From: Vicugna vicugna
Lineage: Eukaryota
Length of the DNA stretch: 64,000 bases
Reading direction: 5' to 3'
Assembly (NCBI GenBank): GCA_013265495.1
Contig: MU058636.1
Coordinates: 3,583,967-3,647,966 of the forward strand
Position 1 is the stretch's first letter, and every line of letters begins with the position of its first letter. Made by a program: the position numbers and the translations under genes. Below the pieces are notes generated by a model. That model had not been told where the DNA came from, made no database searches, and saw nothing but the letters and a program-made list of their open reading frames with translations. Positions 11,011 to 24,637 of the stretch are shown here, one piece after another.

Positions 11011-12989
11011 CGCACAGCCTCTCATGCATGGTATGAGCCCAAATTGTGTGTGTGTGTGTGTGATTAGTGGTTATGGTGATTTTTGTTTTCTTCCCCTCTT
11101 TCACTGTTTTCGCAAGCATTTGCTGCAAGCAGTACTTTCAAAGGGCCAGCGACGGATGGTGGCAGAAGCAGTTTCCCTGACTTGCAGACAGAGGGTGGTA
11201 GGTGGTTGTGCTCGGCCCTTCTGCTCGGCTGGGGCGGAGGAGTGCCAGGCTAGAGGTGGCAACCCGCACAGGCCAGGGTCTGCGCACGTGGGTCTTTGCC
11301 CAGCGCGGTGTGACTGTCACGCTGGTCTCTCTCCTCAAGCTCTTTCCCCCACCCCAAGAAGGGGTGCCTGAGGGACGTGTAGCCCACTCCCGGGGGGAGT
11401 TTCACAGTGTGTGACTCCTCAGTGATGAATGTGCTTCCGTTTAAGAATTGGTACTGAGATTTTAGGTGACTTTTATATTCTTAATTTTTTTGTATTATTT
11501 TCCCCCTTTTTACAATGAATTATTTTCATTTGGGAAAGATAACCCAATTGATAGGAGATTATTCAGGCTTTTTTAACTTTTGTAAATTTAATGTGAAGTA
11601 TGTAATACATTTTGGGCTATATAGCAGATATTTATCGAATCCTGTAAGGAACTGAGCTCAATACTCCTGCCCAAGACCCTCTGAGACATCAATCCTGCCC
11701 ACAGATCACTTTCAATCTACTTTGGGCACCAGGAGATAAATTAAAAAGCGTCCAGGCAGTAGGTGCTAACTTTGTGATGTTTTAGGGACCTGAGGCAAGA
11801 ATAATCACCGAGCAGTCAGTAAAGAACCCTGGGAGGAAGCGGGTCTTGGGCTGATCCTTGGCAGGATCCTGCAGGTGGTGAGGAGAGGGGAAAGAGGCAT
11901 AGCTGTGAGAACGTAAGCTCAGCCCAGACAAAGCAAAGTGTTTATTACATAGAGGGAGGAGGGACAGAAAGAGAGCTAGTTGATGCCAGAGTACGGAGGC
12001 CCTCGAACAGCAGGTTAGAAAGCTCGCATTATGAATAGTATTGTTCGTACCAGTATTGTTCATAAGAGTGGAAAATTTTGAATGACTTACATACTCATCA
12101 AAGGGACACTGTGTAAGTTTGTATGTTATAGTTACACAGTGTGCATTGAGAATGCTCTGAAAATTTTGAACGGAAAGGAGACTTGATACCAACAGGGTTT
12201 TGAAAAGATTAATCTGGAGAGTGAGGGATGGGAGAGAAGCTGGAAGTAGGAAGACTAGTTAGGTGACTGTTTCGGTAAACCAGATGTGAAGTGAGGTGGC
12301 CTTGCTGGGGTGGGGGCAGTGGAGAACGGAAAGGAGTTAGTTGACAGACAAAGATTTTACAAAGTGAAAAGCAGTAGATGACGTTGGTAAGTTGTAATTA
12401 CTGACTTGGTGCTATAGATGGCAGTAACTCTGGCATTAAGAATTTTATTGTGCCTTGATGCCTAATGATTGCATTTTTTTTAAAGAAAAAAGTTCTACAA
12501 CTCTCTTTACAGGTCCACCACGTAATAGATGCTCAATAAAATTTCTCACAGGCTGTTCTGGGTGCCCTGTTCTATTTCTGTAACCCTTGGTAACAAGATT
12601 GACTTTCTGCTTTCTAATCTAAATATTGCTATTTTAAAAAATCCTATTTCTCAATTGTATCTTTTGTGAAGAAGAATAATTAGTTATTCCCGCTGGTGTG
12701 TTCCAAAAGTCATGCTCAGCTTGGCTTCTTTGGGATAAATGGTGAGCAACCCCTTTTACATTTAAGTCCAATTTTTCAATAACAAATTGCTTCTATGAGC
12801 AAGGGGTTTAAACAAAAATAAAAATGGGATTTGTGCCACTTCCAGGAGATAACAAACTAGAAAGAATTCGTGTATTCAGCAAATATTTACTGAATCATTA
12901 CTCTGTGCCCTAAAGAAGATGAAACAGTGTCCTTGGAGGAGGAAAGGATTTCATAAACATAACATAGTAAGTATGAATGTAAAACAAAG

Positions 12990-13538
12990 GGTTGATGTAT
13001 TTGATTATATTTAAAATGTAGTAAAACTTTTGTTAAATGAATAAGCAAAAAATAAACAAATTTTAAGACAAAACCATGGACTGAGAGGAGAATTTGCAAC
13101 GCATGTAACCAACAAAGGCTTTGGATCCAGGATGTATAAAGGATGCCTACCAGTGAGTGAAAGACAAACAACAAAACAGAAAGCCGGCAAAACATCAATG
13201 GAGAGGAAATCCGTGCTGTCAATAAACTCCTGAGAAGACACTCAACTCTTCTAATGATCTGGGAAACACTGACTCACAATGAGATGTTCTGTCACAGCCA
13301 GCAGGTTGGCAGAATCGAGGAAGCCTGACAAACTCAGTTGGTGTGGATGAGAGCACTTGGAACTTTGTCTGTTGTGGGTGAAGACTGGGGCACATGCCCT
13401 GAAGGACAGCTTGTCAGTATCCTGGTGACACTGGAGAGGCCCTTTCCCTCCAGTGCACACTTTCCCTCCTAGAGCTGCGTAGACAAGGCTGCACCCGAGG
13501 TGATTTGATCCAGTATTGTTCATAATAGTGATACAATT
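12990..13538 (+). mobile_element. Old L1M (L1ME/L1MC-like) fragment, resuming at about 14544-14990 after an insertion
   Basis: Degenerate L1 ORF2-end and 3'UTR text (aatttgcaacgcatgtaaccaacaaagg...atccaggatgtataaag; later gatgaataaacacggtatatttacacattgcagtactatacagcag). Confidence 0.55.
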
Positions 13539-13911
13539 CATTTATTTATTTTTCTTTAAATTTTTTTATTATGTTAGTTTCACGTGTCCAGCATTATAGT
13601 TCAACATCTGTGTACATTGCAGGGTGATCCACCCTTCACTGTACACTTGGCCCCTTCCTCTTATTTTGCTCACTCCACAACCCCCTCCCCTTCTGGTAAC
13701 CCTAATCTGTTCTCTGGGTCTATGAGTTTGTTTGTATTTTGTTTGTTCATTTTTCTTAGATTCCACGGATGGGTAGAATCCACATATGAGAAGTCATGAG
13801 GTATTTATGTTTCTCCAGCTGACTTACTTCACTTGTTATAATGTCATCAAGATCCATCCATATTGTCACAAATGGCAGGATTTCTTTCTTTCTTTCTTTT
13901 TCTTTCTTTAT

Positions 13912-13981
<70 letters not shown>

Positions 13982-14543
13982 TTCCTTTGCTAAGTAGTAT
14001 TCCACTGTAAGTGTGTGTGTGTGTGTGTGTCTGTGTGTGTGTATCTCTTTCACATCTTCTTTATTCATCCATCCATCAGTGGACACTTAGGTTGTTTCCA
14101 TATCTCAGGTATTGTGAACAATGCAGCAATGAACACAGGATTGCATATATCTTTTCAAATTAGTGTTTTCATGTTCTTTGAATAAACACTCAGAAGTAGA
14201 TATGGTAGTTCTATTCTCATTTTTTTTTTGAGGAACCTCCATACTGCCTTTCATAGTGGCTGCACCAATTTATGTTTCCACCAATGGTGCACGAGGGTTT
14301 CCTTTTCTCCACATTTGCTCCAACACTTATTACTTCTTGTCTTTTCTATAACAGTCATTCTAACAGGTGTGAGGTGATACCTCATTGTGGTTTTGATTTG
14401 CATTTCTCTGATAATTAGTGATGTTGAACATCTTTTCATGTGCCTGTCAGCCATCTGTGTGTCTTTGGAAAAATGTCTATTCAGATCCTCTGCCCATTTT
14501 TCAATTGGGTTGTTTGGTGTTATTTTGGTTGTTGTTGAGTTGC
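13539..14543 (-). mobile_element. 5'-truncated L1 (ORF2 C-terminus plus 3'UTR) with internal (TTTC)n and (GT)n
   Basis: ORF 14251..14559(-) gives [17 protein letters not shown]...[28 protein letters not shown], the L1 ORF2 C-terminus. T-rich tail at about 13540-13570. Degenerate TSD CATAATAGT... at 13521 and 14544. Confidence 0.9.
13881..13987. repeat. (TTTC)n microsatellite
   Basis: Directly visible, inside an L1. Confidence 0.95.
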
Positions 14544-15000
14544 CATAATAGTAAAACATTTTAGATGACTGAAATACTCATCAGAAGGATGGTGGATGAA
14601 TAAACACGGTATATTTACACATTGCAGTACTATACAGCAGTTTTAATAATGAGCTGAACCTTTATTTACCAATGTGTATAAATTTTAAAATGTGATGTTG
14701 CACAAAAGATAGGTATAGTATGGTACCATTTATATGAAAGTGGTAAATAGAACAATGCTATATATTATTTATGGATACATATACATGTGGTCATAATATC
14801 AAACATGCTTAGGAATGATGACAACCAAACTCATGAAAGCAGATACCTCTGAAGAAGGAAACAGGAGGGGAGGGTCATGGAGACAGGAGGCTCCACCATT
14901 GTCTGCCCCACTTTGTTCCTGGAAAAAATAATGACAAAAGTATAGTGAAATGTTAGGATTTGATAGTGCCCCAGGGTGAGTACACAGATTTTTGTTATTT

Positions 15001-15898
15001 TTTTATTGTGGAAAAACCCCACATAACAAAAATTTTTACCATCTTAATCATTTCTAAGTGTACAGTTCAGTAGTGTTAAGTATATTCATATTGTTGTGTA
15101 AAGAGCTCCAGAATTTTTTCATCTTGTAGAACAGAAACTCTACACCCATTGAATAGCAACTCTTCTTTTGCCTGTTCTCCCAGTGCCTGGCAACCACTGT
15201 TTTACTTTCTGTTTATATGAATCTAACTACTTCAGACTCTTCATATGAATGGAATCATAGCAGTATTTGTGGCCGGCTTATTTCATGTAGCATAACATCC
15301 TCAAGATTCATCCATGTTGTTGCAAGTGTCAGAATCTCCTTCTCTTTAAAGACCACATTATATGTATATGATATGTATATATATGTAAATATATCTATAT
15401 TTAGCTGCAGACCACGTTTTCTTCATCCATTCATCTATCAGTGGATATTTGGCTGCTTCTACCTCTTGGCTATTGTGAGTAATGCTGTAATGAACATGGG
15501 TATGCAAATATCTCTTTGAGATCTTTCTTTTTTTGAATTCTTTTGGATTATATACCCAGCAGCGGGATTGCTGGATCATATGGTAGTTCTGTTTTTAGTT
15601 TTTGGAGGAAGCTCCCCACTGTTTCCCACAGTGGCTGCACCGTTCTGCATTCCCACCAACACTGACAAGAATTCCACTTTCTCCACCTTCCCGCAAACAC
15701 TTGTTATCTCCTGTTCTTTTGATAGTGACCATCCTAATGGGTGTGAGGTGATGGTAACTCATCGTGATTTTCATCTGCATTTCTCTGATAATTAATGGTG
15801 TTGAGCATATTTTCATGTGCCTTTTGGCCGTTTGTATATCTTCTTGGGAGAACTGTCTACTCAAATCCTTTGCCCCCCCTTTAATTGGGTCACTTGTT

Positions 15899-15930
<32 letters not shown>

Positions 15931-16014
15931 GAGTTGTATGAGTTCCCTATAAATTCTGGATATTAACCCTTTATCAGATATATGATTTGCAAATATCTTC
16001 CCCTATTCTGTAGG
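15001..16014 (-). mobile_element. 5'-truncated L1 (L1MA/L1MB-like) with (TTG)n at about 15899-15931
   Basis: ORF 15595..15864(-) gives [28 protein letters not shown], an L1 ORF2 end. Classic 3'UTR text follows. TTGTTATTT is repeated at 14992-15000 and 16015-16023. Confidence 0.85.
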
Positions 16015-16132
16015 TTGTTATTTGAACTAATCTTTGTGTTTGAAATATTTCATAACAGTATTTTAAAAGGCAGGTGAGAACTCTGTCAAAACCACCAAAG
16101 TCATGGTTGTTGTAGAAATAATGCCTTATTCT

Positions 16133-16137
16133 TTATT

Positions 16138-16168
<31 letters not shown>

Positions 16169-16251
16169 TTTGTAATTGAAGTCCAGTCAGTTACAATGTG
16201 TGACTCTCTGGTGCACAACGCAGTGTCCCTGTCACACAGATACATGCATAT
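16133..16251 (-). mobile_element. Very short 5'-truncated L1 3' end with a perfect 16-bp TSD
   Basis: AATAATGCCTTATTCT at 16117-16132 and 16252-16267, with a (TTTA)n tail. The body attgaagtccagtcagttacaatgtgt resembles the L1 end at about 40502. Confidence 0.85.
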
Positions 16252-17612
16252 AATAATGCCTTATTCTAATTTCTGCTCTCTCTTAGAAGTTTCTTGTTTG
16301 ACTTGATCACACATGTTGAGAGTTTGTATGAGTTTGTATGTAGATGGGAAGATTTAAAATACTATATGATGTAAATTTTCTTAAAATTAATCCATACATT
16401 CAGTGCTGTTCCAGTAGGATTTACAGGAAGTCTCTCTGTATAGTATATATATGTGCACATATTTGTGTATGTGTGCAAAAAGATCTTGAAGAAGACATAC
16501 TAAAATATTTAATAATTATCTTTGGAGAGTAGGATTGCCTGAAAGATGACAATGGCCTTTCGCTTTTTTGTTAGAATTTTTTTTCAGCACGAATAGCTTT
16601 TGCAAAAAGAAAAAGAAAACAGATAACAATATCCTCTCTGAGGGAAGTTGGTGGGTATAACATCAAAATCAAAATAAGGGCTCTCTGAGAAATGCCAAAC
16701 AAATGAGAAAACTAATACAGTTTATTGATGACAGTTGCTATCAAAAGGCAGCCAGGAGCAGAGAAGTAGATTATGTCCAGGGAACTGATGAGGCAGGCAG
16801 GACGTTCATCCCTCTGCGTTCTGAATCTCACCTCCAAGGCAGCTCACAGAAAGCAGGGCTTCCAGACCAGCCAACCAGAACCCGACATCCCTATGTATTC
16901 TACCGAGTCCGCCATGAGTCAGATTTATGATTTACAATACGGCTGAAAAAAACGAACCTCAGGGCCGCTACCCTAACAGACGTTATCTTAGACGTTTTCC
17001 ACTGGAATATGCAAGGAGCCACCTGTACACGTGCTGTCCCTGTCAGGCAGCCCTGCCACACCTGGAGCTCCGCTCTTGTTCCTGGGAGCACATGGTCACC
17101 ACAGGGACTACTGTTTCGCACAGACAGCTAGTCACTGGGCCACCGAGGAAAACCATGTGATTAACAATTTCCAGCTTGTTTGGTAGGACATTGCCTGGGA
17201 CCTGCCGTAACTCCTGTCTTACTACATGTGGTAGTGAAAAGCCTACACGATGAAAACGCTCTGAGGTTGAGATTCATTATTAGTGGAACCTCTGAGATTT
17301 AGACTCATTATTTTAATGTGTGAACCTTCATGGTCAGCAGTTTGGTTCCATCGTGTCCATTTAGCAAATGCAAAAATATTTTCTGAGCTCTTATAAAATC
17401 ATGCTGTGCTGAGCACAGGAGTGCAGACCATCTCCTACGAGGAACCAAGTGTCTAGTTTCCTGCTGGGCGCCCCGGTGTGGGACTGGGTGGTTCTTCCCT
17501 GTGTGGAGCTGTCTGGGGCTCTGCAGAATGTTCAGCAAACCTGACCACTTCTCCTCCCAACTATCTGGGACAACCGAAAAATGCCCCTACTCATTTACAA
17601 ACACTCTTTAGA

Positions 17613-18035
17613 GCAGTCATTCTCAAAACATGGTTCAGGGACCCTTGGGTGCCCTTGAGACCTTTCAGGGATCTTCGAGGTTAAAACTTCGAGCATGCGT
17701 ACAGTGGTGTTTTCCAGGTTACAAGATTGTGTGCTGATGAAACTGACTGAATGCAGAAGCAAATAGGAGAATCCAGTTGCCCTCCATTTAATCACACATT
17801 AAGAGTTTGGCAAAGATGTAAAACAATGCCATTCTTCTCACTATCTTTTTGTTTTGGAAAATATAGTTATTTTTCATAGAAATAGGCTATTTAGGTTAAC
17901 CTGTTATAGGTTTTTTAATTGTAATTTAAAAACATAACATAATAATACATATTTTAAAAATTCCTGTTGTAATTTCTAATACAGTCAGTATTGACAGATG
18001 TCCCCTACATAAATAAAAGTTTCCAGGGTCTTTTG
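17613..18035 (+). mobile_element. hAT-Charlie-type DNA transposon fossil (MER119-like)
   Basis: Starts cagtcattctcaaa (hAT TIR-like) and contains gactgaatgcagaagcaaataggagaatccag and gtaaaacaatgccattcttctcact, typical of this class. Family assignment is from memory. Confidence 0.6.
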
Positions 18036-20064
18036 CCATACATTTCTTATGAGAGCCACACTGCATCCCAGGGGCATGCCCTCACCATCTTTCACACATG
18101 AAGAACCTCAGGCTCAGAGAGGCAGGGACCTGCCCAGGCTGGTGCGCCTCTAGGGGTAAGAGAGGAGGGACCCCAAACCAGTGCTTTCCTTCACGGGCAC
18201 ATCATCTCTCCATATGCAGCCTAAAACTCTGTAGAAGGAATCAGGTGGCCCAAGTCACTGGGGTCCCCCAAATGGTCACACACAGATGGCATATGCTGAT
18301 AGCAGGCAGGGCCTGGTGTTTCTTGGGCAAAGCAATGAGGCTGAAAAAAAACCATCAATGGTCATTATGTGAATTTAACTCTGATAACAGAATGTAGGGC
18401 TTGCCTGCCACTATTGTAATGGCCCAATACTTCTGCAGTCAACACCTAGGGCATTAGCTTACAGGCAGCAAAGCACAGCAGCTAAGGTGGTAGCCTTGCT
18501 GGCAGGCTCTTTCAAATTCTGTCACTACTTACTACCTGGCACCAGGGTGTGTTTCTTTACTTCTCTGCCTTAGTTTCCTTGTTTGTAAATCGGGGATAAT
18601 AATAAAAACACCTAGGCCTTAGAACTGTTACGAAAATTAAAAGAAACAGGCAAATAAATCTCTTGGAAGAATCCTGGCATCCCTTGAGCATCAATTCGTG
18701 TTTACCCTGATTGTTACAATCACTTGCAGTGGTTCCATCTTACCAGATCTGTTGGCCACTTTCTGACCAGGTGGCTGTTGTCTCCTAGTAATTGACCAAC
18801 AGTGCTGAGTCTTAATAAGCAGGTGCTTGATGCCTATGGTATGACTGAATTTCCAGACCTCATTGTTGGAGACACAATCCTCCTATTTGATTTTTTCCAC
18901 TTATTTTTATTACAGTAGTGCATGTGCATGCTGACAGATCAAATAATACGGAGCAGGTTTTAGTGGAAAGTCATTGTCTCCCACCTTTCCTCCCCCTCCG
19001 TGAATTGACAACTCAGAGACAATATTCTTTCTCTTTTCCTCCCTTCCTCCCTTCTTCCTTCCCTCTCTCTCTCCCTCTCTCTCTTTCTTTCCAGTTTCTT
19101 CACTCAGCTCTGCTTGTGGTCACCTTCAAAATTCTAGACTATATATTATCACCTCTATTGACCTATTTGGAAGACTTTGACATTAACTTTTAACATTTCA
19201 ACATGACGATTTACTTTGCAGTGTCCCAGTCCACCACCATCCTCTTCCCAGTATTAATATTCATATTTGTGGCAGGCAGAATTTTAAAACTTAAAAGTAC
19301 TCTTCTGTGGTTCTCTGAATGTTTCATTTTTGAAGCAACCTGTTCTTGTTGCATGGGTATAAAAGAGCTGGGGGTGGGGACATCTCATGGTTCAGCCTAC
19401 AGGACTTTCACTTAATGCCTGGCTCTCAGTCTGGTATCACCAACTGATGCTCTGCCTGGCCCTGCATTAGAGCCCCTCATTTGCCTTGTGAGCCCCGAAA
19501 GTCTGCTCATATATGAAATAGAAAAAGTGGGGGCTGACATGGGCTTCCTCAGCCATTGTCTATTTTCAGGCAAAGGGTGTCCACCAATTAGGACTTTAGG
19601 CTCAGAGCTCTGGGGAAGGTGCTTAAGAAGAGGGCTGTCAGGCTGCAGGAGCCTCCAAATAAGGGCCTAAAAAAGGCTGAATTCTGGGGTTCCAACCTGT
19701 GAACCAGAGTCTGAGCTCTCCTTGAATATTTTGTTCAGTGTCTTTGGATTTTTTTTCCTTTCTGTCTGTGGGTAAATGCTGGCTCTCTGGGCAGTGACGG
19801 GGAAGATGGTGTGTAAAGAGTAGCTGTTCATGCAAGACAGTCACATAATCTGTTGCTTTGAGCCCACTTCCTGCTTCTGCTCTCCAACCCAGCTGCTAAC
19901 TTCAAGCCCAGAAACACACCAGGGTTCTATTAGGTAGATCAGCTTCCAGCAGCTCTGCAACAACAACAGAAATTCTAGGCTGTGTTTTCTCTTTGAGTGT
20001 CATCATTCAACTTGCTTCATTTGGTCCTGCATCTTACAGAATTTTAAAGTTATCTCTCTTACGT

Positions 20065-20747
20065 TGGAGTGGCAGAAACTGCTAGTTAACCACCTAATAT
20101 TCATATTATCTTGCTTCCTTACTAATAGAACCCCTAAGTTTTTGATATTGGCAGCTTAATAATACACCCAGCTTTCCTTGCAGAGAAGAGTGGCCAATGA
20201 AATGTCAGTGGAAGTCATGGGAAAGACTGCCAAGAAAACTCTTAGAAAAGACAGGCTCAGCTAGCAGTTCTTTCTGCTTATCTTTGCCCCTTCCTTCTCC
20301 TTCCTGTGTGGAATATGGCTGTGATGTCTGGAGCTTCAGCAGTCATCTTGGCACAATGTGGGAAGGGCCAAGAGACTCTCAGAAGCCTCAGCCCTGGCAT
20401 TTTTGTATCCTTCGAAATATTTGCTCCCCTAGAGAAGCATTAGATATTCTTGCTTGTTGCCTTGGGACAAACCTCATTGTCAGATTTGGCCATGTGACTT
20501 GCTTTGGCCTGTAAAATGTGAGTGGGAGAACCTTGAATGTTTCTACCAGCATTTTTGCTGTCTTCCCTTTGCGATTAGGAACTCATGTCCAGGATAGAGG
20601 CTGTTCCTTTAGCCTGGATTCTGTTATGAGAAGACATTTAAAGGGGACCAGTAACATACAAAGTGAGTTAGAAATAAACCTTTGTTGTTGTAAGCTACAG
20701 AGATTTTAGGTTACCACAGTACTATCTAGTGAGAGTTGACTTATACA
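20065..20747 (+). mobile_element. Old MaLR LTR fragments (MLT1-type)
   Basis: cccagctttccttgcag...ggccaatgaaatg...ggccatgtgacttgctttggcc...gaaataaacctttgttgttgtaagctacagagatttt. Confidence 0.55.
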
Positions 20748-23700
20748 AAATGTAATAGGATAAATAAATATGTGGAGCAGGATGTTAAGTGTTGGTGTTT
20801 CAAAGCAGAAGGAGAAGGGCAAAACGTGCTCACACATTGTAAAGAGAGATGCTGGCTCAACCTGCAGCATTCACTATGATTTAGGGAAACCAGTTCTGAA
20901 ATTCTCCATTACAGATTTGGGTCCTCTAGGGAACAGACACTGAGCTCAAGTTCTGAGGACAGGAAGTTTACTGCAGGATGATGACTGTAAAAGATGACAG
21001 AGGATGCAGAGTCGGACGGGGAGACCTCAGCCTGAGATAGAATTCTGACAGAGTGTTGGTCAACCCAGTAGAGGGCCCTGGACCAAAGATGGCTGGTTAG
21101 AGGAGCACCACATGAGGTGGCAATGGCCAGGCCCTGTCCCCCAGGTGGAGGGTGAGCAGTGGCTCCTCTGCTGGGGAGTCTGTGCATGTCTGTGCCTTCG
21201 AGTGGGCCATCCCTCTCCAGCTGACCTCCGACACTTCCACCAGTCCTGTCTTCAGCAGCAGCATGGCTTCTGTCTCTTTCTGCTTGAGTGTGCAGGCAGT
21301 CCTCTGGGTGGGGAGACTTTGGGGCTCACAACAGTGCCTTCCACGGCGCCTATTAGGGCTATGAAAAATCCTGTGCATCTCTTTCCTATTTAAGTTGTGG
21401 TAAAAAAAAAACACACACACATAGCATAAACTTCACTATCTTAACCATTTTTAAATGCACAGATTATTAGAGGACTATGAGACGCCCTCTGACCCCAGCG
21501 TATATGCAGACAAGAAATTCTGGAAGGGTCCCTGCTGAGGAGGTAACAGGTAATCAGGGGGTGATGATTGGTGTTTGTTGGTTTGCTTATTTATTGTTTA
21601 TTTCTACTTTCCAGTTTTACTATAATAAACATGTACAATTTCATTATCAGAAAAGCAAACTGCAAACATTAGTTTTAACTGAAAAATCTGAGCCCAAGTC
21701 CTGCCTCCCAGGGCCATGTCCTTCCTGCTGTCCTGGAACTGCCCTCCCTGGCACCATCCCACCATGGAGGAGGGTGTAGCCCACACCCCGGCTGCTGGCC
21801 TTGGCCCGTGGGGCCTCCATGGGCAGCCTCTGATGCTCAGCTGTTGGGTATTGCTGCGCATGCCGGCGAGGGAAGGATGGCCACCTGACCTTGGCCGTGG
21901 GTGATGACTCACAGAGCGTGGCTGGTTTTATTCTAATAGGAGGGATCAAGACTTATGTTGGAGAGGATGTTGAAAGGACAGACGGTCAGTCTAGCTCAGG
22001 GAGAAATCTCCTATCTGCAGCCAATGAGGACTGGCTTTTGGCAATGCAGTTGAGCCCAGACACAGCAGCAGAAGGAGATTCACAGCAGAGAGAGGTGGCG
22101 CGAGAGAGTGAGGACAGAGAGAGAGAGAGGACAGCAAGGAGAAGGGCTGGAATGACAAGTTATTCCAGAATACAGAACAGAGGAGCAGCGTCAGGATGCC
22201 CGTGCGCCAGGTTGAACATTCATATCCCAGATGAAAGCCACGAGGATCTTTATACTTCCTGTCAGGTGCTGCCAGGTCATCAAAAAAGTCCAAAATTTTG
22301 GTCATCAAAAAAGACCAAAAGTCTTGACCCCGGTGGCAGCGCCCCTCCAACGCTGTTTAAGCATGCTCTTTGCCTGTAATCATTCCCGCACAGCATTTTA
22401 TCATCTTTATTGATTTGTCTTGATATAGTACATGTATAATATCTTCCCTTTGTAAACATTTGCATTTCTTTAATTGCTTTGGAGGCTGTGCATTTTGTGC
22501 TGTGGTGATTTACTCCACCAATAAACATGTAATCCTACCGTGGGCATGTTTTATTTGTGTAATAAAGCAGAATAAAAAATAAAAAAAGAATCCACTGACA
22601 ATGAATTAGACACACTGATAGGCACCAGGTTTAGAGAGGCGAATGGGACGTGGTCCCCGTTGTTGAGCAGGCTTGGCTGGGGAGACTGGGCATGTACATT
22701 AACAGGATTAAAGTAATAAGAGTCTTCATCAAATGCTGGTGAGTGCCACAGAGCACAAATGCTGAAGGACTTTTTGTGCAGGAAGAGATCAAGACTAACA
22801 CAGGTGATAAGAATAGATAAATTTATCACCTTCGTTTAAAATCCACCCCTTGTGTGTGGGGGTGTCTTTTGGGCTGGGGGCTGGGAGCTCTGATTGGCAG
22901 CTGCTTCTCAGGCTGGTTCCCAGGGAGACTGAGGAAGGCACGGCCGGTTGCGGAGAAGAGGACAGCGGGGAACCGGTCACCTAGGCTGGCTCCTCTCCTT
23001 TCCAAGCTGTTCCAACGGATGTGTTCAAGTCACGTTCTTTTAGAAGCTACTCCAAAAGAAGGAAGGCAGGGAGGAAGCTTCCAGCAAAAAGATCCAAAGG
23101 GAAATGTACTTCACATGCATTGTTTTGTTATCTTTCCATATGGAGTGTCTCCCCAAAAAAGCCCATTTCTCTGACAACAGTTCTAAAAGGAGGAATGTCC
23201 TTTGTGACAGACTCGTGCACTCACCTGTTCCGCCACCCCTGAGCATGTGCTCTTGTCAGGCCCTGTTGTCCGTGCAGCCTGCAGGGACTCTGGCTTCTGT
23301 CTCACAGTGAGCCTGGTTAACTCCTCCCTGAAGTCTCAACCATGATTTTTTTTTTTAAAGGAGGCAGTTTTTTCAACCTGGGTCTTCTGGCCTTTCAGAG
23401 ATTCTAAATTCCCTTTTGCAAATCAGGCTGAGGTTAATGGCTCTTTCTGCCGCCACTGAGAAATCCGAGGGCTTTCCTGCCAGTGCTGAGCAGACAGTTC
23501 GAAAGGCCTGCTTCCTGTCTCCTGCATGTGTGGGTGCCCGCCGGATGCCAGGCCTAGCCACGGGAGGAAGGAGGGGAACCTCAGAAGAGCCGGCCCCAAA
23601 GTACCAGCAGCGTGGATGGTCCTGTCTGGCTGCTTCTCCAGCAGAGCCCAGGCAGGGGGAGAAAAGCCAGCATTCTGAGGCAGAATGAGCAAAGGAGGGG

Positions 23701-24104
23701 GACATTAAAAAGAGCACAAGCAGACCCCCACAGCCTGGAAAGGAAGGGAGAGGAGGGGACAGGAGGATGAGCAGATGGTGAGCAGTGGCTTCAGAAATTG
23801 GGAAGGAGCCCATCTTATTGGAAGAGAAGGATGAACAGAAGGAGAACAGGAAGGAAACAGAGACAGCCTGTCATGGGGGAGCTGGCAAGGACCACCTTCT
23901 CATTTTACAGATGAGGAGACTGAGGCCCAGAGAGGGCAGGTCTGTCTCCCTCTCTGCACTGCCTCACTGGCCCTTCTGTCTTGAGTCAGTGCCGATGGCC
24001 TGATTGGAAGCCCTACACAGACGGGCCTGGGGTGGCTGTAAAGCACAGGAGGGTCCTGGGTGCTGTTTGAGTCTTAATTCCAGGTCAGGGAAGAGAAGAT
24101 CTTT

Positions 24105-24637
24105 TTTTTTTAACTTACTTTTTTTATTGAAGTGTAGTTGATTTACAGTATTGTACTAGTTGCTGGTGTACAGCAAAGGGATTCAGTTATATGTATATAT
24201 TCTTTTTCATATTTTTTTCATTATGGTTTTATTCTAGGATATTGAGTATAGTTCCCTGTGCTATACAGTAGGGCCCTGTTGTTTATCTGTTTGATATGTA
24301 GTAGTGTGTATGTGTTAATCCCAAACTCCTGATTTATCCCTCCTCCAACCTTTCCCCTTTGGTGACTATAAGTTTGTTTTCTATGTCTGTGAATCTGTTT
24401 CTGTTTTGTAAATAAGTTCATTTGTGTCACATTTTAGATTCCACATATAGGCGATATCGTGTGATACTTGTCTTTCTCTGTCTGACTTACTTCACTTCGT
24501 ATGATCATCTCTAGGTCCATCCCTGTTGCTGCAAATGGCATTATTTCATTCTTTTCTATGGCTGAGTGGTTTCCCATTGTATATATGTACCACATCTTCT
24601 TTATCCAATTATCTGTTGATGGACTTTTAAGTTGGTA
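24105..24637 (-). mobile_element. 5'-truncated artiodactyl-type L1 3' end
   Basis: T-tail followed by tattgaagtgtagttgatttac...ttccctgtgctatacagtagg...gttgctgcaaatggcattatttcattc. 16-bp TSD GGAAGAGAAGATCTTT (24089-24104) and GGAAGGGGAGATCTTT (24638-24653). Confidence 0.9.

Noticed and set aside
14251..15952. ORFs with protein-like sequence (14251..14559, 15595..15864 and others)
   Set aside because: They are L1 ORF2 remnants in truncated copies, not host genes.
21891..22379. 162-aa ORF as a novel gene
   Set aside because: Non-ATG start, partly GA-rich simple sequence, no recognisable homology and no supporting exon structure.
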